A stretch of DNA of 63,169 nt, the filler included, from Chiloscyllium plagiosum (Eukaryota), in NCBI RefSeq assembly GCF_004010195.1. It is 4 parts of one record of this genome, joined end to end, with 100 filler letters (N's around TTAATTAATTAA, not from the genome) between each part and the next. Parts side by side here need not be neighbours in the genome. Positions count along the whole stretch, not along the records: positions 1 to 16,418 come from NC_057715.1; 3 more parts are not named here. The stretch is one strand, 5' to 3'. The position numbers were made by a program, and so were the translations under genes. The notes below the pieces were generated by a model that was given only the letters and a program-made list of their open reading frames with translations, was not told the origin of the DNA and did no database searches. How positions within the stretch are numbered: the first letter of the stretch is position 1; the number at the start of each line of letters is the position of its first letter. Positions 1 to 12,506 of this stretch are shown piece after piece.

Positions 1-1170
1 TGAAAAATGCAGGATTACAACAATAGGGTTAAGGAGGTGGATCGGAATGGGAAAATCTTTGAAGGATTTGAAAGGCCCGCTACTGCGCTGTAGGGATTCT
101 ATGATTGTATAAAAGAGCCAGGTTCAAGTCTCACCAGCTGCAGAGGTATGTGAGGCATCTCAGAGTAGGTTGATTAGAAAAATACAAAAACACATATTGG
201 GGGTCCTCTTGTGGTAGTGTCCCTCCCCCTGCATGGGGAGAACCGGGTTCAAGTTCCACCTGCTCCTGTGGTTAAATAATATCTCTGAACAGGCCGATTA
301 GAAAAATAGGTTAAGTTGGAAAAAAAATGTGAAAATGCCTAATGGAAAGTCAGTACGTAATGGCTAAATTACTATTTAACTTGTTGGTAATTTGTATTTG
401 CATCTTACATTCAACTGATTTGCATGAAAGTCCAAATTTAAACAGCTCATGAAAATACTTGCCTGAGTCATTTTTATGAAACTTTGTTATTCTGAATTTA
501 GCACCCCAGAAGTTAGTGTTTTGCATGGTTGAAACATTGCAAACCATAAGCAAAAGAAGCAAATGCAAAGAGGCAATTAATGTTGACCTCTTTGCTTTGA
601 ACCAGACATAGGAGATAGGTTTTTTTTTTAATTTATTCTGCCAAAATTAAAATTATTAACTTGCCTCTATCCAGGGCAACCAGTTATGTTTCATATTCGG
701 ATCAGACAAAGATGTTTAAAAAGACTATATCTTTGCTCTTCAGACAGTCCCTCAGGATCAAGGATGTCCTGCTTCCATTTGGGTTCTGGAATGGCTGATG
801 TTTGGATTTGGACTTGTTATATGTCAGGCTTGAAGATTTGGGTAGGTTTGTTTAGAGGTTTGTGTGCTCCCTGCAACACCTCTACTTTGTCTCTGCACTC
901 TCCTGATGCAGTCGCAATGATTTTTGGTGCTTTCCTGAGTGAGCCTTCTCCATTTTGGTTGGCTATAAGCCAAGTCCTCACTAAGTGAGCTGGGATGTTT
1001 AAGTGTTGTGGTTCTGTTCGCCGAGCTGGGAATTTGTGTTGCAGACGTTTCATCCCCTGTCCAGGTGACATCCTCAGTGCTTGGGAGCCTCCTGTGAAGA
1101 GCTTCTATCGTATGTGGCGCTTAGGCGGTTGGCACAGGATTCCCATTTCCTGGCTTGTCTTAGCATCTCT
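1..1170. repeat. Duplicated block, copy A (left part); near-identical to 15249-16418
   Basis: Direct comparison; ORFs 350..568/15598..15816 and 686..988/15933..16235 translate identically; differences cluster near 45-115 and 590-665. Confidence 0.95.
1041..1080 (-). ncRNA. Minimal hammerhead ribozyme motif (PLE type); duplicated at 16288-16327
   Basis: Reverse complement reads GCA-CTGAGGA-T-GTCACCTGGACAGGGGAT-GAAAC-GTC-TGC (G-U closing pair in stem II). Confidence 0.6.
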
Positions 1171-1255
1171 CACCCGTAGGTGTTCAAAGCTTGTGAGAAG
1201 ATTTGTAGCTCGGGTGCTCGTTGTGGTTCTGTTCGCCGAGCTGGGAATTTGTGTT

Positions 1256-1295
1256 GCAGACGTTTCGTCCCCTGTCTAGGTGACATCTTCAGTGC
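1256..1295 (-). ncRNA. Minimal hammerhead ribozyme motif (PLE type)
   Basis: Reverse complement reads GCA-CTGAAGA-T-GTCACCTAGACAGGGGAC-GAAAC-GTC-TGC. Confidence 0.7.
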
Positions 1296-1335
1296 TTGGG
1301 AGCCTCCTTTGAAGCGCTTCACAGGAGGCTCCCAA

Positions 1336-1375
1336 GCACTGAGGATGTCATGTAGACAGGGGACGAAACGTCTGC
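1336..1375 (+). ncRNA. Minimal hammerhead ribozyme motif (PLE type)
   Basis: GCA-CTGAGGA-T-GTC..GAC-GAAAC-GTC-TGC: CUGAnGA and GAAA cores, stem II GTC/GAC, palindromic ACGT in place of stem III, stem I GCA/TGC. Confidence 0.7.
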
Positions 1376-3009
1376 AACACAAATTCCCAGCTCGGCGAAC
1401 AGAACCACAACGACGAGCACCCAAGCTACAAATCTTCTCACAAACTTTGAACACCTACTGGATGTTTAACTCTCAGATCAGATATAAACCTGTTGATTGG
1501 CAGAAGATTCCTGGGGCTGAATAGCCTACTCCTGTTCCTATTTCTAATGGCCTATGCTTTGGAAACATTGTTCAAAGTGCTCCACTATCCTTCGGCGGGT
1601 CTCCTGCCAAGAGGTGTCTGCCCACAGCTATTGCAGCTTTGTTAATGATGATTTCGATCTGTATTCCTAATCATCAGATCATGCATTGTTAGTACAATCA
1701 TGAAAGTAATGCCTTGGAACTACCAACATGATGTAAATATGAATGATTTCCAAATCAAATTAGTTTGATTTGAAATCTAATCTAATCATTGGAATCATTG
1801 GATATCATGGAATCCATTCAACGGCATCAAGGGAAATAAAATTACAGGGAAGACAGCATGGGAATGATAATGACTAGATTGCCCCACAGAGAAGTAGAAT
1901 AGATTTAATTGGCAGATTGGACTCTTCGCCCAGAATGGCTCTGACCAAGGTGAAACTTAACATGAGAAACAATCCTGCAGTTCTCTCCCATCATCCAGCA
2001 GCAACTGTAACCCTTTTCTTTGTCCTAAACAGTCATTTATCCACACAGTGCACCATCCCAGCAGATAATGACAATCATGAAACAAGGTGAAAGGTGTTGA
2101 TAAAAGTAAAATAATAGGTAGGGGATGGAAGTGGTGCTAAGCATTTCATTGAGATGTTATAAAAATTCAGAATACTTTGTAAAAGCATGCATACTTATAT
2201 AATGTCAACTGTTGTTATTACCAGACAAGTAGATCCCAGACTGAAAGTCTGGCTTGACAAATAGAAATGATAACAAGATGATGTTTCATGAATAACAGCT
2301 ACAAACCAAGAGTTGGTTTTAACAATATAATAGAATAGCATTTAATGTGCAAAAGAAATTATAACTGGAATAACTAGAAATTATAACAAGAATAAACCGC
2401 TGTTTACATAATTTGAAAGGTTTAAAAACATTCCAAGATGATCCTGTCTGTCACAGCACTATCACTTTACAGTACTTGAACACCTTGGAGGGAGATTTCC
2501 ATTCCCTGTCACTCACAAAGGAATGATGTATTAGTTAATTTCAGTTCTGGTCTTGAGAGCTAATAGCCTTGATTAGTCACACTCTAAGCTTAGTTTCCAT
2601 CAGCTTCAAATAACTCCTTCATGATTCCAACCAAATAATTCTGACCGAGAGCTTTCAACTAAAACCCTCAGAGATAATGTATTTAACTGTTCTACACTAA
2701 TTCCTTTCTGCACACAAACATTTGACCAAACTTCAAATCAAAACTTCTGCAAATTGAAATTAAAAGCTTTTGAACAATAGGTCACCTCCACCCCAACTGA
2801 AACACCTGTTCAAACTGCAAACAATCGTTCAGTTAAAACACAGGATCAGGGAAGTGACTGTATTTACAGACTGCAACCCACGACACGACAAGACCAAGAT
2901 TGAAAACTGCTAACAGAATTAGATTTTATTGAAACATTGTACTCAAGTTACAGGAGTTCAGTGTAATGTTTACAATGTCACCATTCATGGTGCCATTTTA
3001 GGTACAAGG

Positions 3010-3460
3010 CCAGGACTGTGATGGAATACACTCCATTTGTGAAGAATGAGTGTAACTCCAATAACATTCAAGAAGCTTGACACCATCCAGGACAAGTAGC
3101 CTATTTGATTAGCATCACATCCACATACACCCATTCTCTTCAGTACCAACACTCAGTAACAGCATGTACTATCCACAAGATGCTCTGCAGAAATTCACCA
3201 AAGATCCCTAGACAACACCTTCCAAACCGACAACCACTTCTAACTAGAAGGGCAAGGGTAGCAGATACATGGGAACACCACCATGTCCATGTGAGTGTCC
3301 AAGCCACTCACCATCCTGACTTGGAAACATATCACCGTTCCTTCACTGTCTCTGTCTCTGGATCAAAATCTGGAATTCCCTCCCTAACAGCATTATGAGT
3401 CAGTCTACAGCGTGTGAACTGCAGCGGGTCAGGAAGGCAGCTCACTACCACCTTCTCCGC
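3010..3460 (+). mobile_element. 3' fragment of a CR1/L2-group LINE; related fragments at ~11025-11370 and ~19745-20115
   Basis: Shared blocks AGAAATTCACCAAAGATCCT..CACCTTCCAAACC and GGAATTCCCTCC..AAGGCAGCTCACCAC at all three sites; decayed RT C-terminal reading. Confidence 0.55.
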
Positions 3461-3714
3461 AGCAGGGTGGAGTCTAGGACAAAACACTTGAAAGGAGGAT
3501 GTTTGGAAAACTATTAAACAAAAGACTGACAAGTTTGTGGAGAATGTGGCCTATATCCTGATGTCTGAAGTGGTTCTCAATTATAGATTTTCATTTGAAA
3601 TCAACTTGTTTAGATGTGTTATGAGACACATCGGTAAGAGATGGCACCTGGACTCTGGACTTCTGGCCCAGAGATAGGGATACCACCAAGATCCATGCGT
3701 AAGGCCTATGCATA

Positions 3715-5050
3715 TTGTTATAATCTTCTAAAATTCCATAGATTCTGGAAGGATCACAGTGGATTGGATAATAGTTGATATAACACCTTTATTCAAGAAA
3801 TGATGGGACAGAAAGCAGATTGTAGGTCAGTTAGTCTAACAGAGGTAAGGCTGTCTTGCTGCTCTGAAAAGAAAAGAAAACGGGAAGTCATACAAATGGT
3901 TTCTCCTGGTCTGGCTGTATACTTCAAAATAGAGCTGTAGTAAGCCCAATGCATCCATCATTAAGGTTTTATTAAAACTATGTTTCCTGCGATAGCTGTA
4001 CATGTGTAGTCTTCCCAATGCCCTGGAGTATTATCTGGTGTTTCTATCTCTTTAACCAAGAAGTTACATACTAGTCGGAGAGGGTTCCAATGATAATTCA
4101 CTCAGCAGATTGCTGGAATAACAGGTTTACCATATCAGGAGGGATTGGGTCAACAAGACTTGTATTCACTGAAGATTGAGAGGGTATCTTGTTGAACTGT
4201 ATAAAATTCTGACAGGGCTGGACTGATTTTATGCAGGTTGATGTTCTGGGTCATGGTGTCAGGACACAAGGTAGACCATTTGTATGTGCAACTAGGAGGA
4301 ACGTCTCTACTCAGGTGATGACCCTGGAAAATTCACTATCACAATGGGACAATATAGTTAAGAAATAAATAGCTTTTTAGACACTGACAATGTCAAGGGT
4401 AGAGGAACAGAGCAGAAGTACAACCTGCACATTGATTTGGATGAAGGAATCAACAGCTAGATTTGCTGATGACTTCAAGATAGCGAGCAAAGTAAATTGT
4501 TCGGGGAAGGTAGCCTGTCTGCACAGTGATATATAAATGAATTTTACTGCAGTTGTGCAGGCCTTGGTCAGACCACATCTAAGATGTGAAGTTCCGTTTC
4601 GGTCCCCTAATTTGAAAAATTATAATTGTGTCAGTACTTCAGAGACAGTCTATTCCTGGGCTAAAAGGGCTATCTAGAAAAATATTGTAGAAATTGGGAC
4701 AATACCTATTAGAGTTTAGACGATCAAGAGTGATTGTAATGAAACAAGATCATGAAAGGACTGGATTGAGCAAATACAAGTAAGATGACTCCTTTATGGC
4801 AGACTGTAGAAGCAGGAGAGCTGGAGATTAAAATAGTTTTCAGAGGATCGCTAGCCTGTAAAGTCTGCTTCCTAGTAAACAATACATGCTAAAATTTAAT
4901 TCACAGCAGGATCAGATAGAATTTGAATAGACAAAGGAGTAGAGAGTTGTGAAGTGCAGACAGGAAGTTCGAATCGAGACCACAATCAGGTTATTAGCTT
5001 ATTGACTGGTCGAGTTGCATCTGAAGATCAAATAGCCAATTGCTGCTCAT
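3715..5050 (+). mobile_element. Heavily decayed CR1 ORF2/3' fragments
   Basis: Patches similar to the CR1 at 30696-32538 (e.g. TTTGCTGATGAC FADD-like near 4462, GCCTTGGTCAGACCACAT near 4561). Confidence 0.5.
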
Positions 5051-5259
5051 GACCCATTTCTCATTGAAATGTCCCACATCTGTCAATTAGGAGAAAGACA
5101 AGCCTGATCAGATCATGCTGCCGTGCATAGTTATGTTTGGGCCTTAAGGCATCACCTCAGTACCTGTAAAAGGCTCACTATCTCAAGCTACCCTGGAAAA
5201 GGCCCACTATCTCAAGCAACTCTCAATCCTGCTTACAAAGGATGCTATCTATTCCCCTA

Positions 5260-5720
5260 ATGAAACAATCCCCTACAGCTGCCATTTGACTTTTTGCTTC
5301 CTCTTGAATGGCCTCCTCCTGTACCACGGTGCCATGTCAGCTGGCTCATTCTCCTTTCAACTCTGTTCCTCATCCACACTGGGAGCAAGTACATTGTACC
5401 TGTTGGGCAAGGAAAAGAGCTGAGGCTTCTCTGTTCCTGAATATAGGATCTCTCTACCTGCCTCATTTGCTTTCACACACTGCTGTCCCTGCCCACTGAC
5501 CTGAATCTGAAGTACTTAATCTACCAGGTGTGACCACCTCCTGAAACAAAGCATCCACGTACCTCCGGCTCTGCTGGATGTGCCACAGAGTCTGAAGCTC
5601 GGGCTCCAGCTTATCAATTCTAAGACAAAGTTCCTTCAGCAACACATGCTTGCTGCAGATGTGGTAACTGCAACTCGCAACAGGATCTGCCAGCTCCCAC
5701 AACATGCAGGACAGCACATC
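5260..5720 (-). mobile_element. CR1 ORF1 N-terminal fragment
   Basis: ORF 5463..5717 (SCMLWE..YHICSKH..RIDKLEPELQTLWHI..VDALFQEVVTP) resembles the Cys-knuckle/coiled-coil start of vertebrate CR1 ORF1. Confidence 0.6.
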
Positions 5721-6942
5721 ATCTGCCCAGCCATCTCTACCATCTCTACCTCGTTAATTTGGTGTAGTAGTTAATTAATCCCTCATTAGTTAATTAATTT
5801 ATTAATTAGTTTTTCAGCGTTTTTATTTCAAATTTAGAACAGATTTCTTACCAGCCAATCAGAACACAGCTTTCCTGAGACTCACATTTTCTGTTTGGCT
5901 TTAGTTACTCTGTGTGCACCTCCCTCTAAATCCGCTATCAGGCCACAAATCCCTGAGGTAAATTAGTTTTTATACTCACCGCTCCGTGTACTCCTTTCTC
6001 TATTCCTCTCAATTTGTTGGGCAAGGAACTCTTCCAGAGCAATAAACTTGGAAATATTCTCCACATCATATCCCAACATGATAGTTTTTTTTGAAGATTC
6101 CACATTTAGTGCATTCTTTCAATGGGTGTTTCCTCTTGTCTTCACTGTACTATTAGGCATAGATTGTCCATGAGGCATCAGCTTGTTGCCTTTTTCTGCG
6201 TTGGAATGGGAGTCAGAAAGAAGAAGAGCAGTGCAAAGAGGGATTTCTGGTCACAAACTGGACAGTTAGTTCAGTGATGACCTCCACTCATATATATTTT
6301 CCAGGTGAATGCATTGCCTGAACATGAGGGCGCAGGTCACACATCAAATGTTCAAGATGATGATAGGTGACACCGTGCAATTCATGTGTATGCCATAGCT
6401 CAGCCGACATGATAAACAGGAGGAAGGTGACAGTCTATCAGTTTTTGGGAATTCTTGTTCGGGAAGCAGGGCCCAGCAAGTACCAAATAGAAATGCATTG
6501 GGAAGAAAACTAAATGTTTTGGGAAGGGGGTTTTACAGTTCCATGGGAAGGAAAGGGGAAGCCAAGCTCAAATGTTCCAAGTAGAACCCAGATTCATACT
6601 GCTTCTACTCCTGGCCCCAATAAATGTTTTCAAAATGTCTCTTCTGGCCCTGCGTTGTTCATAATCATTAGCAGCTGTGAAGTGTGAATGCTATCCTGAC
6701 AATTAACATTACAGCACGGGATTGATGGCATCATCAAAGAGGATTACAATGAGTTCATGCCAGTGCCTGAGTCACCTGCTCAGTAGTGTGGGCTACAGTC
6801 AATTTCAATCCAATACAGCAGAAAGCAGGAAATGGGATATTTTAATTGCCTTTCATCCAGCCTTGCACCAAGATGTTGGGTTAAAAATCCTCTTCCTGCC
6901 ATTGATTTGCCACTATTCATTAATCAAACTTTTCTTTTTCAG

Positions 6943-7281
6943 ATCCAATAAAACTGAACGGTGGCCAGATTTTGAGATCTGTCGGTGATGATGCCCTGCT
7001 GCCGTGTACAATTAAAACTGAACAAACTATCTCACAATTCATGTGGCGATACAAGCGTGGTCAACAACAATGGAACTTTTTCACAGCAGTTTTCAAAAAT
7101 GGAAAGGATGAAAGACTTAACGATATATTTAACGGCAGAATGACCTACGTTGGCCAAAGTTCCAAAAATGCGTCGATGTATTTGAGAAATATTACCCTAA
7201 GTGATGAGGGGATATACAGCTGTATTTTCACTTTATTCCCTGATGGGCCTGTTGAAGAGGACATACGGCTAATCGTAAGAG
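6943..7281 (+). CDS. Ig V-set domain exon of a nectin/PVR-like cell-surface protein
   Basis: Acceptor TTTCTTTTTCAG (AG 6941-6942); phase-1 exon reads xPIKLNGGQILRSVGDDALLPC..QFMW..NASMYLRNITLSDEGIYSCIFTLFPDGPVEEDIRLIVR with B-strand C, C-strand W, DxGxYxC and nectin-like TxFPxG; donor AGAG|GTGTAG is weak but phase-compatible with the next exon. Confidence 0.9.
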
Positions 7282-7664
7282 GTGTAGAACCTTTCCATTT
7301 TAATGTCTGACTTTTAATATCACTTTTAATGTTGCACTCTTGCCTCCAAGTCAAAGCCCAGGCTGGAACACAATTTTGACTCTACAGTGTAGCACTGATA
7401 AATGTACATGACAGGTGTTGTCTTTCGAAAGCATGTTGAGATTGTCCTGGGTGGGTGTAAGATATTTCACATCACTGTCTCAAAGCAGAATGCAGGAGTT
7501 CTCTCTGGTGTCAAGCAACATCACACAAAAATTCTGGTCATTATCACAATGCTGTTTATAGGACTTTACTGTCTACTAAATAGTTACTGCATTTCAGATA
7601 TTAAAATGATTCCCATGCTAAAATATTAATTTGGTGTAAATTGGATCTAAAAGTTGATGTTTTA

Positions 7665-7970
7665 AATTGGAGGAAGGCGAATTTTGACAGTATTCGGCAA
7701 AAACGTTCAAAAGCCGATTGGGGACAGATGTTTACAGGTAAAGGGACAGTGGAAAAATGGGAAGCCCTTCAAAAATGAGATGATGAAAGTTCAGAGACAG
7801 TATATTCCTGCTCGGCTGAAAGGAAAGGCTGGTAGAAGTAGGGAATACTGGATGTCTAGAAAAATTGAGGTTTTGGTTAAGAAAAAAGAAGGAAGCATAT
7901 GACAGGCACAGACTGGAGGGATCAAGTGAATTCTGACAGTATAAAGGCAGTAGGAGTATACTTAGGGGGA
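7665..7970 (+). mobile_element. Internal CR1 ORF2 fragment
   Basis: Decayed reading (..NWRKANFDSIRQ..YIPARLKGK..REYWM) typical of the CR1 region between EN and RT. Confidence 0.55.
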
Positions 7971-8479
7971 AATTGTTCTTTATACAGATGAACTGAATGA
8001 CTTTGTGTTATGCAGTTATCATTGGATTATTCACTGTCACTTCCAACACAGTGTTGTCATATGTAATCTTTATTTAGTTGTTTGTTTACAACAATTCATT
8101 TCCTGAATTTACTTTTTTCCTAAAAAAAACTAAAATTCTTTTCTGCAATTTTCTAAGAGGATTAATTCACCCCCTCTCACTTGATCTTGAAAGTGTTATA
8201 ATGTAATTGGATGTCCTGACACATACCCAGGATGCTATTAATTAGAACACACTAATACAATTACATGGTGAGTTTCTCCAGCAGAAGTAGAAGATCCCAT
8301 TAATTCATGCTGTACAGGACTGTCCATAAGCAGAGAGGTCTTGCAGTTTATTTGTATTTTACAACAGAGGTTTCCGTTGTCATCTCAGTCTTTTTTCACC
8401 ATTTCTTTCTGTGGTTTCCTCAAGGTAAGTAATAAAATTCTTTCGTCTTTCATTTGAATAAACATCTTTCATTTGGAGA

Positions 8480-10058
8480 TGCTAGTGTTGGACTGGTATA
8501 CAAAGTGAAAAATCACACAACACCAGGTTATAGTCCAACAGGTTTAATTGGAGGCACACTAACTTTCAGAGCGTCGCTCCTTCATCAGGTGATAGTGGAG
8601 GGACACAATTCTAAGGCACAGAATTTATAGCAAAAATTTACAGTGTGATGTAACTGAAATTATACATTGAAAAGTACCTTGATTGTCTGTTGAGTCTTTC
8701 GTCTGTTCAAATACAATGATAATTTCACTTCTTTCATGTGTAAATCACAAAACCTTTTTTTAAAAGTTGCATTCTCAGGTTAGCTGTAACAATGGGCATT
8801 AGCTAGACAATAAGTTGAAGGTGTTAGCCCCCTGTGTTCTCTGTCTATGCCATGATGTTTAGATTGATTCTAATCTAAAAAGTGAGAAAACAGAGTTTTA
8901 CATGAATTCATGCAATTTTTGATCAAACTACAATGTAACTCTGCAAGTACAAATTCGCCCCACAAAATATATGTGTGCATGTGGGTCTTTGTCTGTGTGT
9001 GCGTATCTGGGGGTGGGGGGTTGTGAGTGTATATGTGTATGCATGAGTGTAGAGTGGTCTAAGTCTCTGAGGGTGTGTGTGTAGTGCAATGGTGGTCACC
9101 TGTAATGTGACATGAACCCAAGGTCCTGGTTGAGGCCGTCCCTATGGATACGAACTTAGCTATCAGCCTCTGCTCGGCCACTTTTCTCTTTTTCTGTACT
9201 GCCTGTCCCGAAGTCCAGGAGCCTGAATGTCCGGGACCACTGAAGTGTTCCCCAACTGGGAGGGAACTCTCCTGTCTGTTGATTGTTGTGCGGTGCCCAT
9301 TCATCCGTTGTCGTAGCCTTTGCTCAGTTATCCCAATGTACCATGCCTCCGGGCATCCTTGCCTGCAACGTATAAGATAGATAAGTTGACTGAGTCACAT
9401 GAGTACCTGCCACATACATGGTGGGAGGTGTCCCCACGCATAATGGTGGTATCCATGTCCACACTCTGACACGTCTTGCAGCGCCTACCGTGACAGGGTG
9501 GTATGGAGTTGTCCTGAGAACAATGATCTGTTTGAGGTTTGGCGGTTGGTTAAAGGCAAGCAGTGGAGGAGTGGGAAAGATCTTGGGGAGGTGCTCATCC
9601 TCATTGATAATGTGTTGCAGGTCACGAAGAACATGGCGTAGTTTTTCAGCTCCTGGGAAGTAATGAACAATGAAGGGTATCCTGTCGGTTGCAGCCCGTG
9701 TCTGTCTCCTGAGGAGGTCATTATGGTTCTTGCTGTGGCACGTCGGAACTGGCGGTCGAGTTGGGCATTGTACCATGTTCTTGTGAGAGCATCCTTGAGT
9801 ACTTCCAGGTGCCCGTCCCGTTCCTCCTCACCTGAGCAAATCCAGTGTTCGCATTGGGTTTGTCCATAGGGGATGGCTGTTTTAATATGTTTTGGGTGGA
9901 AGCTGGAGAAGTGTAGCATTGTGAGGTTGTCTGCGGGTTTGCGGTACAGTCTGGTGCTGAGGTGTCCACCCTTGATGGAGATGCATGTGTCCAAGAATGA
10001 GACAGATAGTCGAGAGTAGTCCATGGTGAGTTTGAGGGTGGGTGAAGTGTTCCCAGTT
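8480..10058 (-). mobile_element. 5'-truncated Penelope-like retroelement (RT C-terminus + GIY-YIG endonuclease + 3' terminus)
   Basis: Minus ORFs: VSFLDTCISIKGGHLSTRLYRKP, HFSSFHPKHIKTAIPYGQ, MNGHRTTINRQ..LPVGEHFSGPGHS, AEQRLIAKF; frameshifted. Confidence 0.9.
8557..8591 (-). ncRNA. Hammerhead motif in PLE 3' terminus (stem III palindrome mutated)
   Basis: Reverse complement CAC-CTGATGA-A-GGAGCGACGCTCT-GAAA-GTTA-GTG. Confidence 0.5.
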
Positions 10059-10205
10059 TCATTTGACTGAGAGGATGGACTGCAAAACTTAGGTGTCATT
10101 GTGATGTCTAATTTGAACTATGTTCAGTGTTTGATGTTGGTTAATCATTCAGAAAGGATCATGACATCTGAATGTTCTAAACTACACTTCTTTGTCTCAA
10201 TTTAG

Positions 10206-10508
10206 CTCCTCCGACTGTTACCATCCAAACATATCCAGACTTTTCTCTGATTGACTGCAGGAAACACCTCATTGTCATCTGTACAGCAGCAAATGCAAAA
10301 CCAGCTGCCAGTATCACTTGGAAAGCCCCTTTTGATGTACATACCGATGAAAGTATTGGGCCTCCTGCTGAAAATGGGACTGTGACTGTCTCTAGCTGGT
10401 TTCAACTGTGTCCGAATAAATCGCTTCATGGGCAGAAGATTGTCTGTGTTGTGGAACATCCAACCCTCAATGCTTCAAAACACGTTCCTTATCTGCTGAC
10501 TATTGATT
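10206..10508 (+). CDS. Second (C-type) Ig domain exon of nectin/PVR-like gene, copy A
   Basis: AG 10204-10205, donor T|GTAATT; 303 nt phase 1/1, open: APPTVTIQ..ICTAANAKPAASITW..ENGTVTVSSW..GQKIVCVVEHPTL..LLTID; C..KP...W, NGTVTV.S and C.V.H are nectin domain-2 hallmarks. Confidence 0.9.
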
Positions 10509-11949
10509 GTAATTATAATTCTGTCCTATTTTTCATTATATTTGTGTTAATATTTGTAGTAAATAGTGAAATAGAATTTGTTATGGCTCCATTTTAGCTG
10601 TACAACTGTGGGGCTATTAAAAAAAGCAGAAGCCACTTCTTTTACTCCTTCCTGTTGTGCCTCCACATTCACCTTTTTCGAACAAGCAAGCAGGACACCC
10701 AGAGGAAGGAATCAGCAATCTGTGTGAAATATACAGCCTAGATTTGACAATGTTGTCAGAACCTGTTCTGCTGTATTAACTGGGGCTTGAATGAGAAGGT
10801 AGCTATGACAAATTTACTGTGAAGTGAAATCCTCAGTGAATTGAATCCTGAAATAGAAAAATACGTTTTAAGCCTATATTGTAAAGGAAGAGGCATGAGC
10901 ACTTTGGTGTTTTTACAAGCATATGACAAAACTCTGACATACTGCTCCCACCCTTGATGTCAAATTTCCTTCACCTCTAACTGACAGACTCCATCACCAT
11001 GTGTACATTAAACTACTCTCCTGCCAGTTACAGAAATTCACCAAAGATCCTCGGACAGCACCTTCCAAACCCATTACGACTTCCACATAGAAATTTAAGG
11101 GCAGCAAAATACATGGGAACACTATGTCCTTCAAGTTCCCCTCCAAGTCACTCACCATCTTGATTTGGAAATGTATTGCAATTCCTTCACTGTCACTGAG
11201 TCAAGATCCTGGAATTCCTTCCGTACCAGTATTGTGGGTCAACTCATAACAGGTGGACTGCAGCGGCTCAAGAAGGCAGCTCACCACTACCTTCTCACGG
11301 GCAACTAGGGACAGACAATAAATGCTGGCAAGCCAGTGACACCCACATCCCACAAATGAGTAAAGAAAAAAAAATGGTTTGTGCTGTTCCTGAATGTCTA
11401 CCAGCTCCACTGTATTAAAGACATCTGTGGTGTTTAATTTTGCTGAGGCTCTGTTGTTAAGCTCAGCAGTGCCTCTTGATCTCTGGCCTTGCTGGTCCAT
11501 GTGCTACTCTGCACACTTCCCATCTATCCATTAATATCCGAGCCATAGAACAATGTGACTCATTGTTTACAAGTCTCTGAGCATGAATTTGTTCTCCATT
11601 CTTTATCTGCAGCCCTGCAATTTTTATTCTTATGTAATTCTGTATTCTTTATTGAGAAACTTCCCACCCATTAAATAGTCTTCCACCTCTTACACAAAAG
11701 TTACCCAAATCATAACCCTGAGTAAAAAATACTCCTGTCCTTTTTAATGGTTTTGCCAATTACCTGATAGATGTACCCTGCCAGAGGAAACATTCTTTCC
11801 AATTGACCCAATTTAAGTCTCCTCCAATTATTTTTAACATTCCTTTTACATCTGCCCTTTGTTACAATCTCCGTAGAGACCTACAACTTGTAAAAGGAGA
11901 TTGGAATTCAAGTTGATAGGTAAAAAAAATGACACTACTTTACATTTTT

Positions 11950-12449
11950 NNNNNNNNNNNNNNNNNNNNNNNNNNNNNNNNNNNNNNNNNNNNNNNNNNN
12001 NNNNNNNNNNNNNNNNNNNNNNNNNNNNNNNNNNNNNNNNNNNNNNNNNNNNNNNNNNNNNNNNNNNNNNNNNNNNNNNNNNNNNNNNNNNNNNNNNNNN
12101 NNNNNNNNNNNNNNNNNNNNNNNNNNNNNNNNNNNNNNNNNNNNNNNNNNNNNNNNNNNNNNNNNNNNNNNNNNNNNNNNNNNNNNNNNNNNNNNNNNNN
12201 NNNNNNNNNNNNNNNNNNNNNNNNNNNNNNNNNNNNNNNNNNNNNNNNNNNNNNNNNNNNNNNNNNNNNNNNNNNNNNNNNNNNNNNNNNNNNNNNNNNN
12301 NNNNNNNNNNNNNNNNNNNNNNNNNNNNNNNNNNNNNNNNNNNNNNNNNNNNNNNNNNNNNNNNNNNNNNNNNNNNNNNNNNNNNNNNNNNNNNNNNNNN
12401 NNNNNNNNNNNNNNNNNNNNNNNNNNNNNNNNNNNNNNNNNNNNNNNNN
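11950..12449. other. Assembly gap (500 N)
   Basis: Run of N, followed by a (TC)n microsatellite to ~12505. Confidence 1.
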
Positions 12450-12463
12450 CTTTCTCTCTCTTG

Positions 12464-12505
<42 letters not shown>

Positions 12506-12506
<1 letters not shown>

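Larger units (their letters stand above)
1003..1459. mobile_element. Composite Penelope-like terminal-repeat (pLTR) insertion: minus pLTR fragment + ~70 bp spacer + pLTR palindrome
   Basis: Inverted repeat 1176-1458 centred on GAAGCGCTTC (1311-1320); extra minus copy 1003-1105; flanked by direct repeat GGATGTTTAA (993-1002, 1460-1469); contains hammerhead cores. Confidence 0.75.
7860..11949. repeat. Duplicated block, copy A (right part); paralogous to ~16519-20820
   Basis: Collinear match including the PLE, the Ig exon and a LINE fragment, with scattered substitutions and indels; copy A stops at the 500-N gap. Confidence 0.95.

Noticed and set aside
2210..2890. Possible solo LTR
   Set aside because: No matching TSD or convincing termini found.
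6301..6480. Possible leader or Ig-like exon upstream of the V exon
   Set aside because: In-frame stop and no signal-peptide-like frame with a phase-1 donor.
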